DNA of 64,000 nt from a virus. Taxonomy: Duplodnaviria; Caudoviricetes. Under the pieces are notes generated by a model. It was not told the DNA's origin. It did not search any database and was given only the letters and a program-made list of their open reading frames with translations. Both the position numbers and the translations under genes were made by a program. Where the stretch lies: positions 64,001-128,000 of IMG/VR virus record IMGVR_UViG_2645727545_000002. One strand, 5' to 3'. This document shows, one piece after another, positions 41,979 to 53,973 of the stretch (within the stretch, counting starts at the first letter, position 1; every line of letters starts with the position of its first letter).

Positions 41979-42239
41979 ATGAAAAAAAATAAAACATTAT
42001 TATCATATATATTAGGTGCATGTACAATCGTAATATTTCTTCCAATTGTAGAAGAAATAGTTAATGTAATTCTGTCTTGGATTGAATATCTGAAAATTCT
42101 TCCGGGAAAACTTGTTATAAAAGGCAATGCAGAATTACAAGAGTTGCAGTCGGATTTTGAGGTTGAATCGACAGATACATGCGCTATCGGGTTTCATTAT
42201 GAACCAGAAACTGAAGAATATTATGACGAGGAAGAGTAG
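41979..42239 (+). CDS. Small membrane protein
   Basis: Hydrophobic N-terminus and acidic tail. Confidence 0.6.
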   Translation: MKKNKTLLSYILGACTIVIFLPIVEEIVNVILSWIEYLKILPGKLVIKGNAELQELQSDFEVESTDTCAIGFHYEPETEEYYDEEE

Positions 42240-42357
42240 TCTAATACTGCTCTTCTATTTTTATTGAAACAGAACCCAACACACCTCTCAACGATGCGAA
42301 CCACGTTGAGTAGTTCACATTTAATCGAAAATATAGATAATGAAAGGATTAATTGAT

Positions 42358-42573
42358 ATGGCAAATTTTGTATTTAAAGTAACAACAACAAAAAAATTGA
42401 AAGCTACAGGAATGCTTGACTTAGAAAATATGACAATTGAAATTAACGGCGAGGATAAGAAACTTTCTACACTTCTTAGTGAGTATGATGGATGTGAAGT
42501 TAATCTTACTGTTGATGTTAAATCTGAAGAAGATTTAGATATGCCGGAAGAAGATTCCGAAGACGATATGTAA
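42358..42573 (+). CDS. YonK-like protein
   Basis: ATGMLDLENMTIE...LLSEYDG.EV.LTV pattern; position upstream of the YonJ-like gene. Confidence 0.55.
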   Translation: MANFVFKVTTTKKLKATGMLDLENMTIEINGEDKKLSTLLSEYDGCEVNLTVDVKSEEDLDMPEEDSEDDM

Positions 42574-42587
42574 GGTGGTGTGTCAAA

Positions 42588-43821
42588 CTGTATAATTTTG
42601 AAAAAGAATTAGAAAAATACGGATTAACAACTGAATCTTATGAAGCTGCATGTAGAGATATTGAAAATAAAATTGAACAGCACAAATGATATGGACTGGG
42701 GTGAAATCAAAGATAAATATAATATTCAATGTGCGGTTGATACAATCAGAAAGTCATCTTCTACTATTTTCGGTGGACAATTCAGAGAAGAATATTTAAA
42801 GAGTAAAATCTATACTGATGTAGATGAATTTTCTAAATTAAGAGAATTAGATAAGAAATTAGAAGAATTACGCAAAGAGCGGATAAAAATTCAAACAGCT
42901 AATATTGAAAGAAATAGACTTGACAGAAGTGAGTCGCGTCAGGAATTGTATTACGAATATATTGGAAGTGTTATTGATACTCTTCCATTACCGGAATTTA
43001 GACCGATTTTATACGATGAAATACATACTATAAATTATTTGGTCGGGATTGCAGATGTGCATTATGGAGCTTGTTTTAAAAGTGTAAATAATGAATATTC
43101 TCCGGCAATCGCTAAGAAAAGATTTGAATATTTGACTCATAGATTGATTGATTTTATTCAAGATAAAAAGATTGGAAAGCTAACAATTGTATCGCTGGGA
43201 GATCTTTTACAAGGCGTTTTACGTTTGAGTGATTTAAAAATTAATGATACGTCTATCATGAAAGCAACGGTTGAAGTGTGTAGATTAATTGCAATTATGT
43301 TGAATGAACTTTCGGCATATGTGGAAATCACTTACTACCACACACCATCGGCAAATCATACTCAAATTAGAGTTCTTAACGCTAAACCAAGTGAATTAGC
43401 AGATGAAGATTTAGAATATTTGATGGGTAATTATATTCATGATTTATGTGCAAACAATAAAAGAATTCATGTACATCTTGCGAAAAATGGCGAAGATTTT
43501 GTTGATATATATATGCCAGGAAATGACATTCTTGCAATGCATGGTCATCAAATTAAGAATGTGGAAACCGCCATTAAAGACAAAAGTGTTCTACACCAAA
43601 AATTTTATGACACACTCATTGTTGGACATTTACATAATGGAAAAGTAATCCCATCACATGAGGGAATCTTTGGAGATGCAGAAATATTAATTAGTCCTTC
43701 ATTTGTTGGAAGTGACCCGTACAGTGATTCTTTAAACAAAGGGAGCAAAGCTAGTGTGCAGATATGGGGATTTGATAAAGTATATGGTCATACTGAGACA
43801 TATAAGATTATTTTGAATTAG
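42588..43821 (+). CDS. Calcineurin-like metallophosphoesterase (YonJ-like; probable CTG start)
   Basis: ADVHYG, LGDL, ANH, MHGH and VGHLH motifs. Confidence 0.85.
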
Positions 43822-43832
43822 AGGTTAAATAC

Positions 43833-44006
43833 ATGAAAGTTGAATTATATTGTTGCTACTCTCTTCCACTTAGAGATTATCTATATAAAATGGGATGAGA
43901 TATAAATTAGCGGCATTAAATCCAAATAGCAAAAAATTATTTTGGGTTTATATAAAAAATAAAAAATTAAATGAGTTATTGGATAAGTGGTCTGCGAATA
44001 AGTAGA
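43833..44006 (+). CDS. Small DUF5659-like protein (frameshifted; MKVELYCCYSLPLRDYL...)
   Basis: GAGG SD with ATG; ends LFWVY...LDKWSANK. Confidence 0.5.
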
Positions 44007-44054
44007 CCACTTTTTAAATGGAGAATAATTTATGTAGAAATATTGGAGGTGCTT

Positions 44055-45002
44055 ATGGATAAAACATATTATGTTTATTGTCACACAAATAATATCAATG
44101 GTAAAAATATATAGGAATAACAGGATTAGAAAAACCTTTGTATAGATGGCATAAAGATGGTTCTGGATACTCCGGACAAGTATTTGGTAAAGCCATTGAA
44201 AAATATGGGTGGAATAATTTTAAACATGAAATATTATTTGAAGGACTTGCTTATGAAGATGCTTGTAAAAAAGAAAAAGACCTTATAAGAAAATATAAAA
44301 ACCACAGATAGAAAATATGGATATAATATATCTATAGGTGGAGACAATGGTGCTATTGGAGCATTTAATAATAGATTATCGAAAAAAGTTTATTTGTATG
44401 ACATTGAAGGAAATTATATAAGAGAATTTCCTTCAATGATGGAAGCAGAAAGAATTACTGGAATTAATAATTCTGCTATATGTTCCTGCTGTAAAGGCAA
44501 AATTGCATACACAAAAGATTATAGATGGTCTTACGAAAAAGAAGATAAGTTAATTCCTATTGATAAAGAAAACCATTTTTTTAATACAGTAATAAAAGAA
44601 CAATGCAAAGAAATTTTTCAGTATACTTTAGAAGGAAACTATATTCAAAAGTTTAATTCTTTATCCGAGGCATCGTTAAAGACAAATTCTGATTACAGAC
44701 TTGTTTCTGCATGTTGTTTAGGTAAAAGAAATCAAGCAAATGGATACATTTGGGCATATCAATATTATAATTCGTTTGAAAATTTAAAAAACAGGGAAAA
44801 CGATATAATTCCAAAAGGAAAACCAGTAATTCAATATAGTAAAGATGGGATATTTATGAATGAATATAAATCTATTATGGATGCGGTTAGAAAAACAGGA
44901 GTATCAAAAGGAAAAATTTCACGTTGTTGTAACAATAAAGTATCTATTGTTGATAATAAATATAAATTTGTTTTTAAGGATAGTGAATTATGTGCATCTT
45001 AA
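44055..45002 (+). CDS. Free-standing GIY-YIG homing endonuclease with NUMOD1 repeats (frameshifted)
   Basis: YYVYCHTNNING..YIGIT; three QY..EG..I.EF.S..EA repeats. Confidence 0.8.
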
Positions 45003-45344
45003 GTTTAAAAGTTAAATATCTATATCAAACATTGTAGTTACTCAGAATTGAAAAACTAACGAGAGAGTTCAATCCGCGGCTCAGGATAAGCAGATTTACA
45101 GATTACCTATGTGGCAATCTACGCCAGTGCTCACGTACATGTTCCCACTTATTAAAGCGGAATCTGTCGTATGCACTAACATGTACAGGAGTTTCTATAG
45201 AATAAAAACTTGCCATACGTATCACCTGCCTTCCAAAATAAACTGCATCATCTTGGAGAACCGATATCCTAGAATGTGGAGAAATCCACGAAATAAATTA
45301 TAAAAATTTACAAATTAGTTGATAGAAAAGGAGACATTTTAAAA

Positions 45345-45623
45345 ATGACAAGATCAGATTTAATTAAAACAATTGCAGAAAAAGTAGACGGAGTAACACA
45401 GGAAAAAGCAAAAGAGATTGTTGCTGTAACTCTTGATTCAATTGCAGATGCACTTACCGCTGGAGATAAAGTACAGTTCGTCGGATTTGGAAGTTTTGAA
45501 GTAAGAGAAAGAGCTGGAAGAACTGGACGAAATCCACAGGATGGAAGTGAAATTTATATTGAGCCATCTAAAAATGTAAAATTCAAAGCAGGAAAAGAAT
45601 TAAAAGATAAAGTAAATGCTTAA
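45345..45623 (+). CDS. hup: HU DNA-binding protein
   Basis: GFGSFEVRERAGRTGRNPQ...FKAGKELKD. Confidence 0.95.
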   Translation: MTRSDLIKTIAEKVDGVTQEKAKEIVAVTLDSIADALTAGDKVQFVGFGSFEVRERAGRTGRNPQDGSEIYIEPSKNVKFKAGKELKDKVNA

Positions 45624-45641
45624 GATTGGCGGTGTATCTAT

Positions 45642-46274
45642 TTGAAAAAAGAAATGATTAAGAAAACATATGATAATATCTATGAATTATGTGAAGATGT
45701 TGTAGATACATATGATGTACTAGAATCAAACTACGACAATAATATTGTTTCTATTATTGCTAAATACGATGAGGCAAGTCTCATTGTTTCGGAATTATGT
45801 ACAATGGACTTCTCCCTTTTTTCATGCGAATTACATGATCCGGAGTTTGCTGGATATACTGATGAATATTTGATTGAGATTATTGAAGATAAAATCTTTT
45901 GTAAGCCAGCAAAACGAAACGGTGAATATATTTGTTCTGATAGTTCCATTGTGTATGTATTAGATGATTGCAACTCGAAAGCCCTCTCTAAATTTGAAGC
46001 AGACTATACATATGAAGTACATTTGTATGATGAGAATGATGAAGATGATATGGAATATGATTGTGATGGATGTATCTTCTGTGATGAGTGCGACGAGTAT
46101 GATGACCATGATGAGTATGGTTTTTTGTTGGATGATTGTGTAGATAACAAAGACATGCATGGATTTTCTGCCAGCAAGAGTGATGATTATGGTTATCACT
46201 CCGTATCATTTTATTCAACAGAGCGAGTTAATCATGATGATATGATGGATTTACTTCGTATTTTTGGATTATAA
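45642..46274 (+). CDS. Highly acidic hypothetical protein
   Basis: 210-aa D/E-rich ORF with TTG start. Confidence 0.7.
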   Translation: MKKEMIKKTYDNIYELCEDVVDTYDVLESNYDNNIVSIIAKYDEASLIVSELCTMDFSLFSCELHDPEFAGYTDEYLIEIIEDKIFCKPAKRNGEYICSDSSIVYVLDDCNSKALSKFEADYTYEVHLYDENDEDDMEYDCDGCIFCDECDEYDDHDEYGFLLDDCVDNKDMHGFSASKSDDYGYHSVSFYSTERVNHDDMMDLLRIFGL

Positions 46275-46301
46275 ATTTTCTGTTATATATGTACATTTCA
46301 A

Positions 46302-46337
46302 AGATCCGTAGGTGTCAAAACTTACGGGTCTATTTTT
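46302..46337 (+). terminator. Intrinsic terminator
   Basis: AGATCCGTAGG...CTTACGGGTCT followed by a T run. Confidence 0.6.
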
Positions 46338-46509
46338 GTGTTCTCAGTTAGGAGAATAAGAATTAGAAACATCAGCGAAAGGAATGTGTCGGGTAAGCTC
46401 CGACCGCGCTGTATGTTCAATTGGTCAGATGGAGAATCTGGTAAAGAGTTAAAGTAGGACGGTTAACACTCTCCTATCTCTACCTTCAATTAAAAATATT
46501 GGAGGAAAT

Positions 46510-47298
46510 ATGAACGAATTAAAAATTTTTGAGAATGAAGAATTTGGACAAGTAAGAACAATTTTGATTAACAACGAACCGTGGTTTGTTGGAAAAGATG
46601 TTGCATCAGCATTAGGATATTCAAATACGAGAGATGCTCTTGCTACACATGTAATGAAAGAAGACAAGAATACCGTCGTGATTTCCGACGGAAAAAGAGG
46701 AAACCCAAATCAAGTTGTAATTAACGAATCTGGTCTTTACGCTTTAATCTTTGGAAGCAAATTGGAATCAGCAAAATGTTTTAAACATTGGGTGACATCT
46801 GAAGTATTACCATCTATTAGAAAAACTGGTGGATACGTAGACAATGATGAATTATTTATAAATACATATTTACCATTTGCTGACGATGCTACGAAAATGT
46901 TGTTTTCGTCAACATTGGAAACTGTCAGAAAACAAAATGATTTAATTAAAAAACAAAATGATGAAATACTACATCAAAAAGAAGTTATAACAGGTCTTAC
47001 AGACGATGTTGATATTTATAAAAAACGTTCAATTATAAATAGAATTTGTAAACGAAGACAAGGTAATTATGCAAATAGATATAAGGAATTATATAAATGT
47101 TTTAGAGAAAGTTATCATGTTGACTTAGAAGCAAGATGTGAAGGTTTTAACTTAAGACAGAATAAAAAGAAAGATAAACTCACAACAATTGCGTATGCGG
47201 AACAATTCGGATTTATTGATGATTTATTTGAATGTTGTGCGAAATTATATGAGACAGAAGTAAAAGAAGTTTTAAATCAAATGATTGAAGCTCAGTAA
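46510..47298 (+). CDS. Bro-N domain antirepressor-like protein
   Basis: FENEEFGQVRT..PWFVGKDVA...INESGLYALI...WVTSEVLPSIRKTG. Confidence 0.9.
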   Translation: MNELKIFENEEFGQVRTILINNEPWFVGKDVASALGYSNTRDALATHVMKEDKNTVVISDGKRGNPNQVVINESGLYALIFGSKLESAKCFKHWVTSEVLPSIRKTGGYVDNDELFINTYLPFADDATKMLFSSTLETVRKQNDLIKKQNDEILHQKEVITGLTDDVDIYKKRSIINRICKRRQGNYANRYKELYKCFRESYHVDLEARCEGFNLRQNKKKDKLTTIAYAEQFGFIDDLFECCAKLYETEVKEVLNQMIEAQ

Positions 47299-47391
47299 AT
47301 ATATATATGGTTTGTCAGTTTGACAAGTAAAGAGAATTGTAAACTAATCGTTCGTCTCTACCATAAAAATATCCAATAAACATTAAAGGAA

Positions 47392-48440
47392 GTGATTAAA
47401 ATAGCACGAAGTACAGTTTATAATCAGATTACTTCTTCTGAAAAATTAGAACAAGTAAACCCTGAAAATAAAGAATTAGGAGAAGATTGGTTAGAGTATT
47501 TGGAATCTATTGATCGCTCTCCTCAAAGCATTGTTGCGTATAGAAGTGACCTAAATATATTTTGGGTATGGAATTTACAATACAATAAAAATAAATTCTT
47601 TGCTGATTTAACAAAACGTGAAGTTGCAAAATTCCAGAATCATGCATTAAATACATGGGGCTGGAGTCCAAACAGAATCCGTAGAGTTAAATCATGTCTG
47701 TCATCTTTGTCAAATTACATTGAAAATGTTTTAGATGATGAAGAAGAATTTGAAAATTATAGAGGGATTATAAGAAAAATTGAAAACCCAGCTAAAGAAG
47801 TTGTTAGAGAAAAAACTATTTTATCTGATGAACAAGTGGATTTCTTGTTGCAGGAATTAGTGAACAGAAAAGAATTCGAAAAAGCTTGCGCCGTTGCAAT
47901 AGCAGCTTACTCTGGAATGCGAAAAGGTGAGTTGTTACAGATGAAAGTAGAATTCTTTAATGATGACCATTTTGTATATGATTCCATGTGGAAAACTGAT
48001 AAAGTCAGGGCAAAAGGGTTCGGGAAATTAGGACATCAATTAAATAAATTTGTATTATATGGAGCAAAACCTTATATAGATTCATGGTTAGAGTATAGAA
48101 AAGAAAATGGAATTGAATCTGAATGGATGTTTGTATCATCTTATAGAGACGAAAACAATAATAAATGTTATAGGAAAAGAAAAAACTTGAGTGAATGGAC
48201 ATATGAATTTAGCGAAATTTTAAACGAAGATTTCTATTTTCATAGCCTGAGACATTTCACATGCACCAAACTACATCGCTTAAACTTGCCCTCACACGTT
48301 ATTCAAGAATTTTTTGGTTGGCAAAGCGCAGAGATGTTAAAATCTACAATGATCTTACTGCTGAAGACGAATTTAGCAAATATTTTGATAAAGATGGAAT
48401 TAAAGAGGTGACACAGGGTTATTTGTCTGATGTTTAATTC
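47392..48440 (+). CDS. Second tyrosine recombinase (3' frameshift at ~48340; end approximate)
   Basis: SGMRKGEL, FHSLRH and FFGWQSAEML; catalytic Tyr (IYND) in the shifted frame. Confidence 0.85.
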
Positions 48441-48525
48441 CATATTTCCCATAATTTACCAGATCAATACTCTTCTATTCTGTGTTATACTGTTTCCGAG
48501 AATCATAGCACCGGAGGTTTATAGA

Positions 48526-48876
48526 ATGGAAAGACTGGTAAAAACAGGATACGTCAAAATGATTGCAATTGATGTTCATGATTTGGAATCAAAAATTGTA
48601 GATGAACGAAATACAAATTTTCTGTGTGATATAGAAAATTTTCAAAATAAGTATTCTAGTATATCTACAGTAAAATGTGTGTATATACATATGGACGATA
48701 ATTATGATATCACCTTCTTAGATTATAAGAAAGTTCATCCACATATACATCCATTTGATTATATGAGAGACATCGTCAAAAAGCATGATGGAAAGTTAAT
48801 CAAGGGAAGTGATTATTTGCGGATCACACACGAAGATGATTATGTAGAATTAATCGAAATAGATTTGAGAGATTAA
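48526..48876 (+). CDS. Hypothetical protein
   Basis: GGAGG SD before MERLVK. Confidence 0.6.
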   Translation: MERLVKTGYVKMIAIDVHDLESKIVDERNTNFLCDIENFQNKYSSISTVKCVYIHMDDNYDITFLDYKKVHPHIHPFDYMRDIVKKHDGKLIKGSDYLRITHEDDYVELIEIDLRD

Positions 48877-48910
48877 TGGAGAGCTGTGCTGCTCTCCTAT
48901 TTTTGTATTT

Positions 48911-48982
48911 GGCTCCATGGTCAAGAGGCTAAGACATCGCCCCTTCACGGAGGTAACACTGGTTCAATTCCAGTTGGAGTCA
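48911..48982 (+). tRNA. tRNA-Glu(UUC)
   Basis: GGCTCCA/TGGAGTC acceptor; GGTCAAGAGGCTAAGAC D-arm; CCTTCAC loop. Confidence 0.8.
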
Positions 48983-49058
48983 TTATTATATTCCGGCTTT
49001 CAAAAGAAATGCCGGTTTCATATCGGCAGAAAATAGAAAAAAGAAAGCGAGGGAAAAT

Positions 49059-49977
49059 AATGGTAACATTACAGAAAATTGGTGGTGACATGAATCGTAA
49101 TGTATTAGAGATTACTGGATTATCTACAGACGAAAAACCTGTTGAATTTATCGAAACAACATACATTACCAATGGAAGCACATATGAAGAAATTGATACT
49201 GGTACAGTGTATAAATATAACGAATCTGGCAAGAAATGGATAGAGCAACCTGCAATTGGTGGTTCAGGCGGAAATATTTCTCTTGATTATACTGCATTAA
49301 CAAATAAGCCACAAATTTCCGGAATTGAATTAACTGGAAATAAAACCTTGGATGATCTTGGTATTCAGAAAAAAGGTACTTATATTACAAAAGAAACTGA
49401 TCCAACTGTACCGGCATGGGCGAAAACTGAAGCAAAACCGACATATACCGCAGACGAAGTTGGAGCCTTACCAAAAACTACGACTACACTTCCAAATCCT
49501 AAAAAGATTAAATTTACAGGTGCAGTAACAGATGAGTATGACGGTTCTGTCGAAAAAACAATTAACATTCCGACAGGAAGTTCTTATACTCTTCCACAGG
49601 CAACTGATCAGGTTCTTGGTGGTGTGAAAGCAAAAGCAAAGACAAACGAAACCGTAGAAGTTGCAATTGATACTACAACAGGCAAATTATTCGTCCCGGC
49701 TTATCCAACTGGTGCAGGAGCTGAACTTGACAAAACACTTGCTGTGGAAGGAAAAGCTGCGGATGCAAAAGCTGTTGGAGATGCATTGAAAACTAAGATT
49801 GGATCCGATGCTCTTGCACCATATATGAAGACAGTTGATGCAGATAAAAAGTATGCATTAAAAACTGAATTACCACAAAAGGGAGTTGCTGTCGCAGACG
49901 CTGGAGATGCAGATGTAAAAGATAAACTTAATGCTTTGTTGGCAAGCCTCAGAACTGCTGGGATTATTGCTCAGTAA
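49059..49977 (+). CDS. Head-fibre-like structural protein
   Basis: LTNKPQI, ETDPTVPAWAK, YTLPQAT..LGGVK and LNALLASLRTAGII. Confidence 0.7.
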
Positions 49978-50020
49978 ATATGTATAAAACAGGACGGCGC
50001 TACTGCCGTCCTATTATTAT

Positions 50021-50090
50021 GCTTGGATAGTTTAATGGAAAAACGATTGACTTGTAATCAATTGTTCCCAGTTCAAATCTGGTCTGAGCT
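50021..50090 (+). tRNA. tRNA-Thr(UGU), somewhat degenerate
   Basis: GCTTGGA/TCTGAGC acceptor; ATTGA-CTTGTAA-TCAAT; TTCAAAT T-loop. Confidence 0.7.
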
Positions 50091-50131
50091 TTTATTGATA
50101 TATAAATTAGTTGAGAAAGAAGGGATAAATT

Positions 50132-51171
50132 TTGTCAGAAGAAAAATCAACAAGAAGTCTAACGATAACAACACCAAAAGACACGACCTCTGTTAAAAAA
50201 TACGATATTCCAAAACAGATGAACCAGATTTTTATAAATGTACAGTTTGTGGGACACCGTATAAAAACTTAGATGGCAATTTTCCTGCATCTCAAAGCGA
50301 ATTATACTCTGGATGGGATTATCATATTTCAACATGTAGAAAATGTCTTGACAGATTGTTTGAACATTATACCGAAGCTTATGGTGGAGATGAAGATATG
50401 GCAATACGTATAATTTGTCAAAAATATGATATTTATTACGATGTAAGCCTATTAAACGCAAGTAGAAAAATTACAAAAACAAGATCTCGAATCCATAATT
50501 ACATTTCGAAATCTAACTTACGACAGTATGCGGGAAAAACTTTTGATACAACATTAGATGAAGAAAGAAAGGGCAATGTAATTGAAAACATTGATGATTT
50601 AAAAGAAAATAAATCAAAAATAAGAATAAAGACTGTAAAATTTTGGGGAACAGGTTTTACAGATGATGACTATGATTATTTGCAAGAGCAATATGACGAT
50701 TGGACAAGTCGTCATGAGTGTAAAACTAAAACACAAGAAGAAGTATTTAAAAGAATTTGTTTCAAACAGCTAGAGATACTAAAAACCACTCGTGCAGGAA
50801 AAGATACAAAAGAACTTGATAAAACATTTCAAAATTATCTTGATACAGCTAATCTAAAACCATGTCAGAACACGAATGCATTATCAGATGCACAAACTCT
50901 TGGAACGTTAATCCAAAAATGGGAAAATGAAAAACCTCTTCCGGATATTGATCCAGAATTAGAAGACGTAGATAAAATTGGATTATATATCGATGTATTT
51001 TTCAAAGGTCATTTAGCAAAAATGATGGGATTAAAAAATGGATTATCTAATTTGTATAATAAATTTATGAAAAAATATACCGTTGAAAAACCAGAATATA
51101 AAGATGACGAAAATAATGAAGCACTTTTTGATGCTATTTTCGGAAATGATGAGAAATTTGAGGATTTTTAA
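50132..51171 (+). CDS. Zinc-finger protein upstream of terminase (small-subunit candidate; 5' frameshifts)
   Basis: FYKCTVCG...TCRKC; abuts the terminase ATG. Confidence 0.65.
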
Positions 51172-53958
51172 ATGGCTACATCGAGAAAAATGACAGAACA
51201 AGAAGTTGCAAATGAGAAAGCAGAAAGGTTAATGAACGGTGTTGCTTATTGGGCAGCTTTTTACAGAAAAAACCCACAACGTTTTTGTAAAGATTATTTA
51301 AATATAACTCTCAAATTATTCCAAAAGATATTGCTATATGCAATGATGTGCAATAATTATTTTATGTATATTGCCTCTCGTGGACAGGGTTTGTAAAAAT
51401 ATCACGAGTGGAGGAAATAACAAATGAGTAAATATGTTTACAATAAAGATTATTTCGAAAAAAATTAACACATCAGAAAAAGCATATTGGCTAGGTTTTT
51501 TATATGCAGATGGATGTATTACAAGATTTTATAAGGGAGAAGTATTAAAATCTATGTCTTTAGAAATTACTTTAAAAGACGCAGATTGTGAACATCTTAT
51601 TAAATTTAAAAACGCTTTAGAAAGTAATATTCCTATTCAACATAGAATTATTACCGGGAAATATAAAGCAGATAGAATAGTTGTTAATTGCACAAAAATA
51701 TGTAATGATTTAATCAAATTAGGTTGTACTCCGACTAAAAGTCTAACATTAGAATTTCCTAAAAAAGATATAATACCTCAAGATTTTATAAGAGACTTTA
51801 TTAGAGGTTATTTTGATGGAGATGGTGGTGTATCTTATACTGAAGGTAAATATTATAATAATGCTAGAAAAAAATATTACAAACAGCATCACTATCGATG
51901 CTATTTTTGTGGAAACATACAATTTTTAACTGAATTAAAAAAAATATTGAATTCTAATGGAATTAAAACATCTGATCTAAAAAAAGACAATAGAAGTAAT
52001 GCAATTAATATTTATATATATGGAAGAGAAAATATAGAGAAATTTAAAAATTATATATATACAGAGGGGTGTGTGAACTTATCAAGAAAATTTGATAAGT
52101 TCTTTTTTATTTCCCACAATAGCGATCTTCATATAAATAGATAACGCCATGTTTAGCCCTGTCTAAATTGGGGAAAATCGGTGAAGACTAAATTTATTTA
52201 AAATATAAAATAAATATGTTAATACCGAGATAACTTAATAGATTTCGTAAGGCTATTAAGCATTGTAGAGAGTAGAGATTGAATAAATATAATATCTCCA
52301 AGAGTCCCCAACTACATTATTGTAGAAAATGTACTCCAAGCTGAGTTGGAAATGACCAACTGATGAAAATGAAGGAAACTTCCAGAGCATAGGATAAAAA
52401 ACCTATGGTTAATAACATACTGAAAACATGGCTTACTGCTCTATTCTGCGTCGTTCGTTGCATATTATTCCCAGGAAGCAAGATATGCATTGCTTCTTCA
52501 ACAAGACCACAGGCGAATCAAGTCCTTTTGAAAATAACCGATGATTTTTGTAAAAACTATGGATGGGGTTCAGATAATTTGAATAATGAAATAGGGTACA
52601 AATCAGTTGGTGCGAATAATGCGGTGATTGAATTTAAAAATGGGTCATGGATAAGGGTTGTGACCGCATCTGACAGTGGACGAGGCGCACGTGCAAATAT
52701 TCTAATTGTAGACGAATTTCGTATGGTTGATTTAAATGTTATTAATACTGTTCTTAGAAAATTCTTAACAGCTCCGCGCACCCCAGGATATTTAAATATA
52801 AAAAAATATTCTCATCTAACTGAGCGTAATAAAAGAAATATTTATGTCCAGCGCATGGTATAAATCTCATTGGTCATTTGAAAAAGCGAAAGCATATGTC
52901 GTAAATTTTTTTAGATAATAGTAAAAAATATTTTATTTGCGGACTACCGTATCAAATAGCAATCAAAGAAAATTTATTATCAAAAGAACAGGTTGAAGAT
53001 GAATTTTCTGAGCAAGACTTTGATCAAACATCTTTTGATATGGAGATGGGATGTTTATGGTTTGGTGATACGGACGGTTCGTTTTTTACATTTGATGATT
53101 TATCTAAATGTAGAAAAATAAAAACACCGATGGAGACACATTTTTTCAAAAATAAAAAAATACCAGACTTAGCCCTTAATGAAAAAAGAATTATGTCTGT
53201 AGATATTGCATTAATGGGTTCTAGTAAATCAAAGAATAATGATGCAAGTTCAATTTTAATTAATAGTGCTCTTCCAACAGAAAGCAATGAGTACATTTCA
53301 AATATTGTATTCTTAGAAAATCATGAAGGACTTACAACTGACGAATTAGGAATTATTGTCATGAGATTGTTCTATAGGTATAAATGTACAGATTTGGTAA
53401 TCGATACAAATGGAGCCGGTTTAGGTGTATATGATTTTATTATAAAGAATCAGTTAGATCAAGAAACAGGTGATGTGTATAAAGCTCTTACTTGTTGTAA
53501 TGATAAAGACATGGCAGAAAGATGTAAAGTCGAATCGGCAAATCCATGTATATGGTCGATAAAAGCCAATGCTGCTTTTAATAACGAGATGTGTGTTATG
53601 CTTCGTGCAGGAATACAAAATGGGAAGATCAATCTTCTTGTATCAGAATTTGAAGCAGAGGAAATATTAAGAGACAAGATTAAGTCATATTCAAAGATGC
53701 AATCTTTTGAACAATTAAAATATAAAACACCATATATTCAAACAACATTGCTGATATATGAACTCATAAATTTACAGCATAAGATAGAAGGAACAAACAA
53801 TTAAAATAAAGGAAAAATCTGGTATGAGAAAAGATAGATATAGTTCTTTGGGATATAATTATCACATATTAAGAACATTAGAAAAAAATCTTAACACAGA
53901 TTCTTATTCTTCAGATTTTTCAAATTTTACCCCATGTATTTCTTCTATATCATTTTAG
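51172..53958 (+). CDS. terL: Terminase large subunit; exons 51172-51390 and 52423-~53958 (frameshifts)
   Basis: Spliced Walker A ASRGQG|KTW; [13 protein letters not shown] Walker B; nuclease SVDIA...NDAS and RKDRYSS. Confidence 0.9.
51391..52422 (+). ncRNA. Group I intron in terminase, with the ORF in the P1 loop
   Basis: 5' exon GACAGGGT pairs with GCCCTGTC (~52156-52163); GCCATGTTT pairs with 3' exon AAACATGGC; P7 GAGTA/TACTC; terminal G52422. Confidence 0.88.
51424..52144 (+). CDS. Intron-encoded LAGLIDADG homing endonuclease
   Basis: [11 protein letters not shown] and [10 protein letters not shown]; GGAGG SD; one poly-A frameshift. Confidence 0.9.
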
Positions 53959-53973
53959 AAAGGACGGTGAATA

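Noticed and set aside
45109-45303. 64-aa ORF upstream of HU
   Set aside because: No SD and atypical composition; better explained as structured RNA.
48886-49058. N-terminal extension of the head-fibre ORF
   Set aside because: It overlaps tRNA-Glu; the real start is ATG 49059 after a GAGG SD.
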